Below, piece after piece: positions 11,186 through 19,781 of a stretch of DNA of 32,000 bases. The stretch lies in assembly GCF_000011805.1 (NCBI RefSeq), contig NC_006840.2. The stretch is one strand, 5' to 3'. The stretch is from Aliivibrio fischeri ES114 (GTDB taxonomy: Bacteria > Pseudomonadota > Gammaproteobacteria > Enterobacterales > Vibrionaceae). The notes under the pieces were generated by a model. The model was not told the DNA's origin. It saw nothing but the letters and a program-made list of their open reading frames with translations, and did not search any database. Numbering within the stretch: the first letter of the stretch is position 1; each line of letters opens with the position of its first letter. A program made the position numbers and the translations under genes.

Positions 11186-13216
11186 ATGTCTAGTGCGTAT
11201 GAACTCGTATCTAATTATCAACCTGCGGGCGATCAACCTCAAGCGATAAAAACACTTAATGAAGGTCTTGAGAATGGGTTAGCTCATCAAACGTTATTGG
11301 GAGTTACTGGTTCAGGTAAAACATTTACTCTCGCTAATGTTATTGCTCATTCTGGTCGCCCGACGATCATTATGGCTCATAACAAAACATTAGCAGCTCA
11401 GTTATACGGTGAAATGAAAGCTTTCTTTCCAAATAACGCTGTTGAATATTTTGTTTCTTATTTTGATTATTACCAACCAGAAGCCTATGTACCAACGACG
11501 GATACATTTATAGAAAAAGACTCATCGGTTAATGAGCACATTGAGCAAATGCGTTTATCAGCAACCAAAGCATTATTAGAGCGTAAAGATGCGATTATTA
11601 TTGCTTCAGTTTCTGCAATATATGGCTTAGGTGATCCAAAAGCCTATTTGAGTATGATACTGCACTTACGCCGTGGTGACATTATTAATCAAAGAGACAT
11701 GTTGCGTCGTTTAGCCGAATTGCAATATAAGCGTAATGACATGGCTTTTGAACGAGGCACATTTCGAGTTCGTGGAGAAGTATTGGATATTTTCCCAGCA
11801 GAGTCTGAACATGAAGCCATTCGTATTGAAATGTTTGATGATGAAGTTGAGCGTATTAGTAAATTTGATCCACTAACAGGATCAATCATAACGAAAGATA
11901 TGCCACGTTGTACTATCTACCCTAAAACGCACTATGTAACCCCTCGTGAGCAGGTCTTAGATGCGATCGAAAAGATCAAAGTTGATCTTGCTATTAGACA
12001 AAAAGAATTGCTAGAAAATAACAAGCTTGTTGAAGAACAACGTATCACTCAACGGACTCAATTTGATATTGAAATGATGAACGAATTGGGTTTTTGCTCA
12101 GGTATAGAAAACTATTCACGTTATTTGAGTGGACGTCCGGAAGGTGAAGCACCACCAACCTTGTTTGATTATTTACCACAAGATGGCCTATTAATTATCG
12201 ATGAATCTCATATAACCGTTTCTCAAATTGGTGCTATGTATAAGGGTGACCGCTCACGTAAAGAGAATTTAGTTGAGTATGGATTCAGATTACCGTCAGC
12301 TTTGGATAATCGTCCGCTACGATTTGAAGAATTTGAAGCATTAGCGCCTCAGACTATTTATGTCTCAGCCACACCGGGTAAATATGAGATTGAAAAGTCA
12401 GATGGTGAAATTGCAGAGCAAGTAGTACGTCCAACTGGATTATTAGACCCTGTAATTGAAGTTCGCCCAGTAGCAACACAAGTTGATGATTTATTATCTG
12501 AGATCCGTATACGAACTAAAAATAATGAACGAGTATTAGTGACAACACTGACGAAGCGTATGGCTGAAGACTTAACGGAATATCTTGATGAGCATGGCGT
12601 AAAAGTTCGTTATTTACACTCAGATATTGATACGGTTGAGCGTGTCGAAATTATACGTGATTTACGCTTAGGTGAGTTTGATGTCCTTGTTGGTATTAAC
12701 TTACTTCGAGAAGGTCTAGACATGCCTGAGGTTTCATTGGTTGCGATTTTAGATGCAGATAAAGAAGGATTTTTACGTTCTGAACGTTCGCTAATTCAAA
12801 CGATTGGTCGCGCTGCTCGTAACTTAGAGGGTAAAGCCATTCTTTACGCTGATAAGATCACAGGTTCAATGGAAAAAGCCATTGGTGAAACAGAAAGACG
12901 CAGAGAGAAGCAACAATTACACAATGAAACGTTAGGTATTGTTCCACAAGCGCTTAAGAAAGACGTTGCCGATATTCTTGAATTGGGTGATATGACTAAA
13001 AATAAACGTAAAGTTGTTGCACCTAAGATTAAGTTATCGGAAGTTGCAGAAGAAGGCGCTAGTTACAGTGCGATGTCGCCACAGCAGTTAGAAAAGGCGA
13101 TTCAGAAGCTAGAAAGTAAGATGTATCAACATGCGAAAGACTTGGAATTTGAACAAGCGGCACAAGTTCGAGATGAGATTGATAATTTAAGAAAACAATT
13201 TATAGTGAATAGTTAG
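11186..13216 (+). CDS. uvrB: UvrABC system protein B (excinuclease subunit B)
   Basis: Walker [18 protein letters not shown], helicase motifs, C-terminal UVR domain. Conserved start [17 protein letters not shown] is the ATG at 11186; the track start at 11171 is an upstream in-frame GTG. Confidence 0.97.
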   Translation: MSSAYELVSNYQPAGDQPQAIKTLNEGLENGLAHQTLLGVTGSGKTFTLANVIAHSGRPTIIMAHNKTLAAQLYGEMKAFFPNNAVEYFVSYFDYYQPEAYVPTTDTFIEKDSSVNEHIEQMRLSATKALLERKDAIIIASVSAIYGLGDPKAYLSMILHLRRGDIINQRDMLRRLAELQYKRNDMAFERGTFRVRGEVLDIFPAESEHEAIRIEMFDDEVERISKFDPLTGSIITKDMPRCTIYPKTHYVTPREQVLDAIEKIKVDLAIRQKELLENNKLVEEQRITQRTQFDIEMMNELGFCSGIENYSRYLSGRPEGEAPPTLFDYLPQDGLLIIDESHITVSQIGAMYKGDRSRKENLVEYGFRLPSALDNRPLRFEEFEALAPQTIYVSATPGKYEIEKSDGEIAEQVVRPTGLLDPVIEVRPVATQVDDLLSEIRIRTKNNERVLVTTLTKRMAEDLTEYLDEHGVKVRYLHSDIDTVERVEIIRDLRLGEFDVLVGINLLREGLDMPEVSLVAILDADKEGFLRSERSLIQTIGRAARNLEGKAILYADKITGSMEKAIGETERRREKQQLHNETLGIVPQALKKDVADILELGDMTKNKRKVVAPKIKLSEVAEEGASYSAMSPQQLEKAIQKLESKMYQHAKDLEFEQAAQVRDEIDNLRKQFIVNS

Positions 13217-13233
13217 TTATTGATTTTATAGCA

Positions 13234-13341
13234 GAAAAAAAGAAGCCAACCGCAATATCCCGGTTGGCTTTATTGTTCATGTGAAAGTAAATTTCACTAA
13301 CAACGTCAGTTGGCTAGGTGACCCTTTGGCTTAAAGGGTCA
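13234..13341 (-). ncRNA. qrr1: Qrr quorum regulatory sRNA (Qrr1-type)
   Basis: Minus strand: TGACCCTTTAAGCCAAAGGGTCACCTAGCCAACTGACGTTGTTAGTGAAATTTACTTTCACATGAACAATAAAGCCAACCGGGATATTGCGGTTGGCTTCTTTTTTT. Has the highly conserved Qrr core CTAGCCAACTGACGTTGTTAGTG, a 5' hairpin GACCCTTT/AAAGGGTC and a Rho-independent terminator, in the expected position next to luxO. Confidence 0.95.
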
Positions 13342-13350
13342 ATATACCTA

Positions 13351-13369
13351 TTGCAGGGAGCGTGCCAAC
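13351..13369 (-). promoter_or_regulatory. Sigma-54 (-24/-12) promoter of the Qrr gene
   Basis: Minus strand TTGGCACGCTCCCTGCAA matches TGGCAC-N5-TTGCW with the GG and GC elements intact; the GC lies about 12 nt upstream of the predicted start at 13341. Confidence 0.88.
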
Positions 13370-13427
13370 TTTTTTACCCGTAAAAATAAGCTAAATAAGC
13401 CTAAATAGTGCGCAAAGTCATCCTTTT

Positions 13428-13440
13428 TTGCATTTTGCAA
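13428..13440. promoter_or_regulatory. Putative LuxO-binding dyad 1
   Basis: TTGCA-TTT-TGCAA, perfect 5-bp arms; matches the LuxO operator form TTGCA-W3-TGCAA. Confidence 0.8.
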
Positions 13441-13441
13441 A

Positions 13442-13454
13442 TTGCGTTTTGCGA
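13442..13454. promoter_or_regulatory. Putative LuxO-binding dyad 2 (variant)
   Basis: TTGCG-TTT-TGCGA; same spacing, A to G variant in both half-sites, 14 bp centre-to-centre from dyad 1. Confidence 0.6.
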
Positions 13455-13461
13455 ATCCTGA

Positions 13462-13474
13462 TTGCATAATGCAA
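13462..13474. promoter_or_regulatory. Putative LuxO-binding dyad 3
   Basis: TTGCA-TAA-TGCAA, perfect arms; 20 bp centre-to-centre from dyad 2. Confidence 0.8.
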
Positions 13475-13509
13475 ATATCAACCGCATTTTTACCCTCAAG
13501 TTGGATTTG

Positions 13510-14940
13510 ATGATACAAAAAAAATATTTATTAATGGTAGAAGATACTGCTTCCGTTGCTGCGTTATATCGCTCTTATTTAAACCCGTTAGGTTTTGATA
13601 TTGATGTCGTAGCTAAAGGTGTTGAAGCCATTGAGAAAATCAAATTAAGAACCCCTGATCTTGTGTTACTAGATTTGCGCCTGCCTGACATGACAGGTTT
13701 TGATGTGTTGGCTGAAATTCGTAAAGATAACCAAAGTATTCCTGTTGTATTAATGACGGCTCATGGCTCAATTGATGCTGCAGTAGAAGCCATGCAGTTA
13801 GGGGCTCAAGATTTCTTAATCAAACCATGTGAAGCTGACCGTTTGAGGGTTACGGTAAATAACGCATTACGACGTGCACAAAAAGATCAGAAAGAATTCC
13901 AAGAGAATCCAAAAGATACCAATAAACAGTATCAAGGATTTATTGGTAGTAGCTCTCAAATGCATCAGGTTTATCGCACCATAGATTCCGCCGCACCAAG
14001 TAAAGCCACGGTATTTATTACTGGTGAATCGGGGACGGGTAAAGAGGTGTGTGCTGAAGCCATTCATGCGGCTAGTAAGCGTGGAGACGGGCCTTTCATC
14101 GCTATTAACTGTGCGGCAATTCCAAAAGATTTAATTGAAAGTGAGCTTTTTGGTCACGTTAAAGGCGCATTTACAGGTGCCTCTGTTGATCGAAAAGGTG
14201 CTGCCGAACAAGCAGATGGAGGTACGCTTTTCCTCGATGAATTATGTGAAATGGATTTGGATTTACAGACCAAATTATTGCGATTTATTCAAACTGGTAC
14301 TTTTCAAAAAGTTGGTTCTTCTAAAATGAGCCGAGTTGATGTTCGATTTGTTTGTGCTACAAACCGAGACCCTTGGCTAGAAGTACAAGCAGGCCGATTT
14401 AGAGAGGATTTATATTATCGTTTACATGTTATTCCTCTAACATTACCTCCTCTAAGAGACAGAGGAAATGATATTATTGAAATTGGTCACTCAATCCTTG
14501 GGCATTTTTCTCACGAGGAAGGTCGTGAGTTTATTACATTTAGTCCTGAGGTTGTGGATAGGTTTTTGAATTACGATTGGCCTGGAAACGTACGACAATT
14601 ACAAAATGTGATTAGGAATGTAGTCGTATTAAATAAAGGAAAAGAAGTCGAATTATCCATGCTGCCCCCTCCATTATCATTAGATAGTAAGAGTGGTGTA
14701 AATATTGCATCTAATGTATCCATAAGCGATTCAACTAAGCCTACAGAATCTATTCTGCCTAGTAATAGGATCTTAGATAGTAAAGATCAAGAAACTATTA
14801 TTCCGTTATGGCAATCTGAAAAACAGATCATTGAAAACGCAATTGAACTATGTGGTGGGAACATTCCACAAGCCGCTAAGCAATTAGAGGTTAGTCCTTC
14901 TACAATATATAGAAAACTACAGTCTTGGAATGAAAGATAA
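13510..14940 (+). CDS. luxO: LuxO, sigma-54-dependent quorum-sensing response regulator
   Basis: Receiver domain [16 protein letters not shown]...[19 protein letters not shown]+ domain GESGTGKE and GAFTGA (as GAFTGAS), C-terminal Fis-type HTH. Start placed at the ATG 13510 ([13 protein letters not shown]) because the track start at 13462 falls inside an operator dyad. Confidence 0.95.
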   Translation: MIQKKYLLMVEDTASVAALYRSYLNPLGFDIDVVAKGVEAIEKIKLRTPDLVLLDLRLPDMTGFDVLAEIRKDNQSIPVVLMTAHGSIDAAVEAMQLGAQDFLIKPCEADRLRVTVNNALRRAQKDQKEFQENPKDTNKQYQGFIGSSSQMHQVYRTIDSAAPSKATVFITGESGTGKEVCAEAIHAASKRGDGPFIAINCAAIPKDLIESELFGHVKGAFTGASVDRKGAAEQADGGTLFLDELCEMDLDLQTKLLRFIQTGTFQKVGSSKMSRVDVRFVCATNRDPWLEVQAGRFREDLYYRLHVIPLTLPPLRDRGNDIIEIGHSILGHFSHEEGREFITFSPEVVDRFLNYDWPGNVRQLQNVIRNVVVLNKGKEVELSMLPPPLSLDSKSGVNIASNVSISDSTKPTESILPSNRILDSKDQETIIPLWQSEKQIIENAIELCGGNIPQAAKQLEVSPSTIYRKLQSWNER

Positions 14941-14950
14941 GGGGACTATC

Positions 14951-15286
14951 GTGAGTCAGTATGTTAATCAAATCGCTGTAAATCAATTAATGCAGGAAGT
15001 TGGAGATGAGAATATCCCTGTGCTTTTTGGTATTTTTTGTGATGAGTTAGATGATTTTATTGGGGCGCTTAGTAGTCATCCTGAAATTGATAAAGTAAGA
15101 GAGATTAGCCATTGTCTGAAGAGTAGTGCGGGCAGTTTTGGTGCAGATAAGCTTGCAACAATGGCAATTCATATTGAAGAAAAAGCGAAGCAGAAACAAG
15201 AAAAATGGGTTGAGCGCAATATCTCTGAATTTGTAGACATTGCGCGTCAAACTGAAATGGCTTATCGAGAACTCTTACTTAAGTAA
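14951..15286 (+). CDS. luxU: LuxU, quorum-sensing phosphorelay (HPt) protein
   Basis: HPt motif ISHCLKSSAGSFGADKLA; directly downstream of luxO. Likely GTG start at 14951, preceded by AAGGGGA. Confidence 0.92.
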   Translation: MSQYVNQIAVNQLMQEVGDENIPVLFGIFCDELDDFIGALSSHPEIDKVREISHCLKSSAGSFGADKLATMAIHIEEKAKQKQEKWVERNISEFVDIARQTEMAYRELLLK

Positions 15287-16153
15287 ATCAATAATCGCGT
15301 CTTTTAACTTTTCTCTATCGTGTCGCCAATCATGATTTGGCGATGCGAGATCAGTCTTCTTGCAATCGTATTCTTGTTGTAATCCATTTAATTCTTTATC
15401 TGTTAGGATAATGTCTACTTTTCGCCCTGAACATGCGCGTTCACACCACTCAAGCATCATCCTATGATCCATCTTACCTGCTGGGCCAAATTCTTTAGAT
15501 AAGTTATCAATAAATACTACTTTGGCTTTCTTGTTTGAATTAATGGCTTTTCCGATACCCGGAAGTAATAGAGGTGGCATAATACTGGTTAAAAAGCTTC
15601 CAGGGCCAAGCAATATTAAATCCGCTTGTTTGACAGCATCAATGGCTTCAAGTGTTGCTGGTACTTCAGGGTCGAGAAATAAACGTAAAGGAAGTTCATC
15701 CATTTCATCGACATTGGTTTCGCCAGATATTTTACGTAAATCTGAGGTTAATGCTCCCAAGTCTGATGGATGCTCGGACATTGGAATGATATGAGTTTCA
15801 ACTTTTAGCATGTCACGAATTAGATTAATAGCATCTAATGGACGAACACTTAAGTTATCCAGCGCCGTTAGCATTAAGTTACCCAAATTGTGCCCGTGCA
15901 GCTCACCTTGACCTTTAAAGCGATACTCAAACATCATCGAACTGATTGAAGGGTCCATAATTAATTGATTGATACAGTTACGTGTATCACCCCAGGCTAT
16001 TCCGCCTTGGCATTCACGTATACGGCCTGTGGAACCACCGTTATCTGTTGTTGCAACAATTCCAGTTGCGTTGCCACCAAAGTCACTTAATGCTGCGAGA
16101 ACTCGACCTAGTCCGTGTCCGCCGCCAATAGCAACAATTTTATGTTCAATCAT
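15275..16153 (-). CDS. YvcK/CofD-family protein (gluconeogenesis factor-like)
   Basis: VAIGGGHGLGRVLAALSDFGGNATGIVATTDNGGSTGRIR...AWGDTRNCINQL...MFEYRF; conserved YvcK motifs. Confidence 0.92.
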   Translation of the reverse strand: MIEHKIVAIGGGHGLGRVLAALSDFGGNATGIVATTDNGGSTGRIRECQGGIAWGDTRNCINQLIMDPSISSMMFEYRFKGQGELHGHNLGNLMLTALDNLSVRPLDAINLIRDMLKVETHIIPMSEHPSDLGALTSDLRKISGETNVDEMDELPLRLFLDPEVPATLEAIDAVKQADLILLGPGSFLTSIMPPLLLPGIGKAINSNKKAKVVFIDNLSKEFGPAGKMDHRMMLEWCERACSGRKVDIILTDKELNGLQQEYDCKKTDLASPNHDWRHDREKLKDAIIDLLK

Positions 16154-16397
16154 AGTTTTGATACTTAATTATGTAGTGATAGTTATTAAAGTGTGCTCGA
16201 TAATGAAAATCAGGACAAGTCAGTATTAGTGAAATGATGAAGTTATCACAGAATACTTTGGTATTTATTATCGAATCGTTACCACTTTATAGATAGTTAG
16301 TCATAAATATGGGGTAAAAACGTCTGTAATAGCAAAAAAATTGGAAAAACAGATGAATATTGAGTATTTTAATAAGAGCACCAAACTGAAAATCAGT

Positions 16398-16535
16398 ATG
16401 GCTGCCATAACTCCGAGCTCAAGCTACTAAGTTGTTTTTTAAGAAGCACTCAATATGTAGCGTGAGCCAGTGACAATTCGGTCACAAGGGTTTGTTTGGA
16501 AATGAACAAGCCTCCCGTGTTTGGAAAGGTGTTCC
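16398..16535 (+). promoter_or_regulatory. Molybdenum-cofactor (Moco) riboswitch-type leader of moaA (boundaries approximate)
   Basis: Long structured leader with paired arms GCTCA-a-GCTAC / GTAGC-g-TGAGC, GTGAC/GTCAC, GGTTTGTT/AACAAGCC, and the 3' segment GCCTCCCGTGTTTGGAAAGGTG, which closely matches the remembered 3' part of the E. coli moaA Moco RNA motif. Confidence 0.82.
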
Positions 16536-17525
16536 GTGGCGCAACAATTCGCAGATAATTTTGATCGTAAGTTCTATTACTTACGATTATCAGTTACAGA
16601 TGTCTGTAACTTTAAATGTACTTATTGCTTACCTGATGGTTATAAACCAGAAAATGGAAAGCGTGAGTCCTTCCTTGAACTTGATGAAATCGAACGTACT
16701 GTTAGTGCGTTTGCTCGTTGTGGTACGTCTAAAGTACGTATTACAGGGGGAGAACCAAGTCTTCGCAAAGATTTCACTGATATTATTCGTACTGTCGCCT
16801 CTCAGCCTGGTATTACTAAGGTTGCAACTACTACCAACGGTTATCGTATGGAAAAGCACGTTGCAGAATGGAGAGAAGCAGGATTAACCGATATTAATGT
16901 GAGTGTTGATAGTTTAAATCCACATATGTTTTACCAGATCACTGGCGAAAATAAATTTGCTGAAGTGATGGCTGGTATTGATAAAGCGCTTGAAGTTGGG
17001 TTTAAGCAAGTCAAAGTAAATACCGTATTATTAAAAGATCTCAATAGCACCGAACTTCCTTTATTTTTAAAGTGGATTCAAACTCGCCCGATTCAATTGC
17101 GTTTTATTGAATTAATGCAAACGGGTGAAATGAATGACCTATTTAAAAATCACCATCAATCTGGTGTGTCTATTCGAAATCATCTTATTGCTAATGGTTG
17201 GTTATTAAAAGCTCGTGGCGAAAGTGATGGTCCTGCGCAGGTATTTATTCATCCTGATTACGTGGGTGAAATTGGACTTATCATGCCATATGAAAAAGAT
17301 TTTTGTCAGAGCTGTAACCGACTTCGTGTGTCGGCAAAAGGCAAGTTGCATATGTGCTTATTTGGTGATTATGGTGTAGATCTTCGTGATTTATTACAGC
17401 AAGACTCTCAACAAGATGAATTAATCCAACGAATTCAAACTCAGCTAGATAATAAAGCTGAAGGCCATTTTTTACATGATGGTCACGCAGGAATGACCCC
17501 TCATTTAGCCTCAATTGGCGGATAA
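16536..17525 (+). CDS. moaA: GTP 3',8-cyclase MoaA (radical SAM)
   Basis: Radical SAM motif [14 protein letters not shown]-terminal [21 protein letters not shown]; likely GTG start at 16536 ([22 protein letters not shown]). Confidence 0.96.
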   Translation: MAQQFADNFDRKFYYLRLSVTDVCNFKCTYCLPDGYKPENGKRESFLELDEIERTVSAFARCGTSKVRITGGEPSLRKDFTDIIRTVASQPGITKVATTTNGYRMEKHVAEWREAGLTDINVSVDSLNPHMFYQITGENKFAEVMAGIDKALEVGFKQVKVNTVLLKDLNSTELPLFLKWIQTRPIQLRFIELMQTGEMNDLFKNHHQSGVSIRNHLIANGWLLKARGESDGPAQVFIHPDYVGEIGLIMPYEKDFCQSCNRLRVSAKGKLHMCLFGDYGVDLRDLLQQDSQQDELIQRIQTQLDNKAEGHFLHDGHAGMTPHLASIGG

Positions 17526-17537
17526 TAAAGAAGAATT

Positions 17538-18017
17538 ATGTCAAATTTTACTCATATTAATGCCTCTGGTGAGGCAAACATGGTTGATGTTTCTGCGAAA
17601 CAAGAAACCGTTCGTGAAGCTCGTGCTGAAGCTTTTGTTCATATGGCTCCAGAAACGTTAGAGCTTATCGTTTCAGGCTCTCATCATAAAGGTGATGTTT
17701 TTGCTACAGCACGTATCGCTGGTATTCAAGCGGCCAAAAAAACATGGGATTTAATCCCACTTTGTCATCCTTTATTACTTTCTAAAGTTGAAGTTCAACT
17801 TGAAGCGATTGAGGCTGAAAACATGGTTCGAATCGAGTCAGTATGCAAGCTAGCAGGTAAAACAGGTGTTGAAATGGAAGCATTAACAGCGGCATCCGTT
17901 GCGGCATTAACCATTTATGACATGTGTAAAGCGGTCCAAAAAGATATGGTTATTGGTCAAGTTCGTTTATTAGAAAAAACGGGCGGTAAATCTGGACACT
18001 TTAAGGCAGACGCATGA
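17538..18017 (+). CDS. moaC: Cyclic pyranopterin monophosphate synthase MoaC
   Basis: [32 protein letters not shown]...LIPLCHPL...[23 protein letters not shown]. Confidence 0.97.
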
Positions 18018-18259
18018 TTACAGTATTATTTTTCGCACAAACAAAAGAGTTAGTTGGCACTGATAAACTGGAACTATCTGGTGAATACGCAACGGCGGAA
18101 GCCATTCGTCAGGAATTAAGCCAAAAGGGCGATAAGTGGGATTTAGCGTTAGAAAAAGGCAAGCTGCTTGTTGCTATTAATCAAACGATTTCAAGCTTAG
18201 ATTCTACTGTTTCTGATGGCGATGAAGTTGCTTTTTTCCCACCAGTAACAGGTGGTTAA
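18014..18259 (+). CDS. moaD: Molybdopterin synthase sulfur carrier subunit MoaD
   Basis: 81-aa ubiquitin-like protein ending in the required GG ([10 protein letters not shown]). Confidence 0.96.
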
Positions 18260-18260
18260 T

Positions 18261-18707
18261 ATGATTTCTGTTCAAGAGCATGATTTTAATGTTGGCGATG
18301 AATATCAATTACTAGCAGAAGGTACAGCTGCTGGCGCTGTGGTTACTTTCATTGGTAAAGTTCGTGATATGAACCTAGGTGATGATGTTACAGGTCTATC
18401 CTTAGAACATTACCCTGGAATGACTGAGAAGTCTCTTAACGATATCGTGGCACAAGCTAAAGAGCGCTGGCCTCTACTTAAAGTGAAGGTAATTCATAGA
18501 GTTGGTGACTTAGAACTTGGCGATCAAATTGTATTTGTAGGTGTATCAAGTGCTCACCGTGGTGCTGCGTTTGATTCTTGTGAATTCATTATGGATTACT
18601 TGAAAACCAATGCTCCGTTCTGGAAAAAAGAACGAACAACAAAAGAAGTACGTTGGGTTGAATCTCGTGATACGGATAAAACAGCGGCAGAGCGTTGGGA
18701 AAAATAA
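18261..18707 (+). CDS. moaE: Molybdopterin synthase catalytic subunit MoaE
   Basis: Contains ...LEHYPGMTEKSLNDI, VHRVGDLELGDQIVFVGVSSAHRGAAFDSCEFIMDYLKTNAPFWKKE; ATG at 18261 is preferred over the upstream GTG at 18252. Confidence 0.96.
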   Translation: MISVQEHDFNVGDEYQLLAEGTAAGAVVTFIGKVRDMNLGDDVTGLSLEHYPGMTEKSLNDIVAQAKERWPLLKVKVIHRVGDLELGDQIVFVGVSSAHRGAAFDSCEFIMDYLKTNAPFWKKERTTKEVRWVESRDTDKTAAERWEK

Positions 18708-18738
18708 ACGTATAAGAACTGAATTATATCGGTATAAA

Positions 18739-18776
18739 GAAAAAGGGAAGATAGCATAAGCTCTCTTCCCTTTTTT
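18739..18776 (+). terminator. Rho-independent terminator of the moa operon
   Basis: AAAAAGGGAAGA...TCTTCCCTTTTTT inverted repeat just after moaE; may also serve the convergent minus-strand operon. Confidence 0.8.
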
Positions 18777-18812
18777 AATGTTATAGACCCTACAAACAAG
18801 TAGGGCTATATA

Positions 18813-19778
18813 TTATTTGTTATAAATACCAAACTGCTCCATAGCGTAGGCTACACGAGCTTCAGGAGTAGGGTAAGGAACGGTTTCTTCTAAGCTTTCA
18901 ATATGCTTAAGTCTAGGTAATAAACCTGTACCATTTGCAATTTGAATCGCAAGACCTGGGCGAGCATTCAGCTCTAGAACCATAGGACCATATTCCTTAT
19001 CAAGAACCATATCTGTTCCCATATAGCCTAAGCCCGTCATTTCCCAAGCACTTGATGCCAGAGTTAATAACTTTTCCCAATGAGGTACTTCAAGTGTGCT
19101 TAGTAGCTTACCTGTGTCAGGGTGGGTTTCTACTGGTAAATCAAACTGTACGGCACGTACTGCTCTACCTGTACCAATATCTATACCAACACCCACAGCC
19201 CCTTGGTGTAGGTTAGCTTTACCATCTGAGTCTGATGTCGATAAACGCATCATAGCCATAACAGGGTAGCCTTTAAATACGATAATTCGTACATCAGGTA
19301 CACCTTCATAACTGAATCCATCAAAAACATCATCAAATTGGATTAAGTTCTCGATAACCGCAACGTCATTCTTACCACCCAATGAGAAAAGACCTGCAAG
19401 GGTATTGGTAATATGGCGTTCAACATCTTGCTTTGATGCTTCAGCACCAGATGGCTTAGTATAAACGCCATCTTTATGTGATGTTACAACAAGTATACCT
19501 TTACCACCGCTACCTTGAGCAGGCTTAATAACAAAGCCTGGCCAGTCTTTAACGATGTTGTGAATATTTTTTACTTCAGCTTGGCTATCGATCACCCCAA
19601 TTAGCTTTGGAACTGTTGCTCCTGCTTTTTCGGCAATGATCTTGGTTTTCAATTTGTCATCAACCAATGGGTATTTGCTTCTGTCGTTGTAACGGCCAAT
19701 ATAGCTGCCGTTACGTTGGTTCATACCCATGATGCCTTTTGCTTTTAGTTTTGACGGAGAAGTAAATCTACTAAACAT
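18813..19778 (-). CDS. ATP-grasp, alpha-L-glutamate ligase-like (RimK-like) protein
   Basis: ATP-grasp features FVIKPAQGSGGKGILVV and MVLELNARPGLAIQIANGTGLLPRL. Confidence 0.88.
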   Translation of the reverse strand: MFSRFTSPSKLKAKGIMGMNQRNGSYIGRYNDRSKYPLVDDKLKTKIIAEKAGATVPKLIGVIDSQAEVKNIHNIVKDWPGFVIKPAQGSGGKGILVVTSHKDGVYTKPSGAEASKQDVERHITNTLAGLFSLGGKNDVAVIENLIQFDDVFDGFSYEGVPDVRIIVFKGYPVMAMMRLSTSDSDGKANLHQGAVGVGIDIGTGRAVRAVQFDLPVETHPDTGKLLSTLEVPHWEKLLTLASSAWEMTGLGYMGTDMVLDKEYGPMVLELNARPGLAIQIANGTGLLPRLKHIESLEETVPYPTPEARVAYAMEQFGIYNK

Positions 19779-19781
19779 AGG

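Noticed and set aside
16492-16887. 131-aa + strand ORF overlapping moaA ([14 protein letters not shown]...)
   Set aside because: It is in a different frame over moaA and starts inside the structured leader; moaA has clear family motifs in the competing frame.
17281-17514. 77-aa minus-strand ORF antisense to the moaA 3' end
   Set aside because: Antisense to a conserved domain, no independent evidence.
18596-18799. 67-aa minus-strand ORF spanning the moaE end and the terminator
   Set aside because: Crosses the moaE 3' end and the terminator hairpin; no recognisable protein features.
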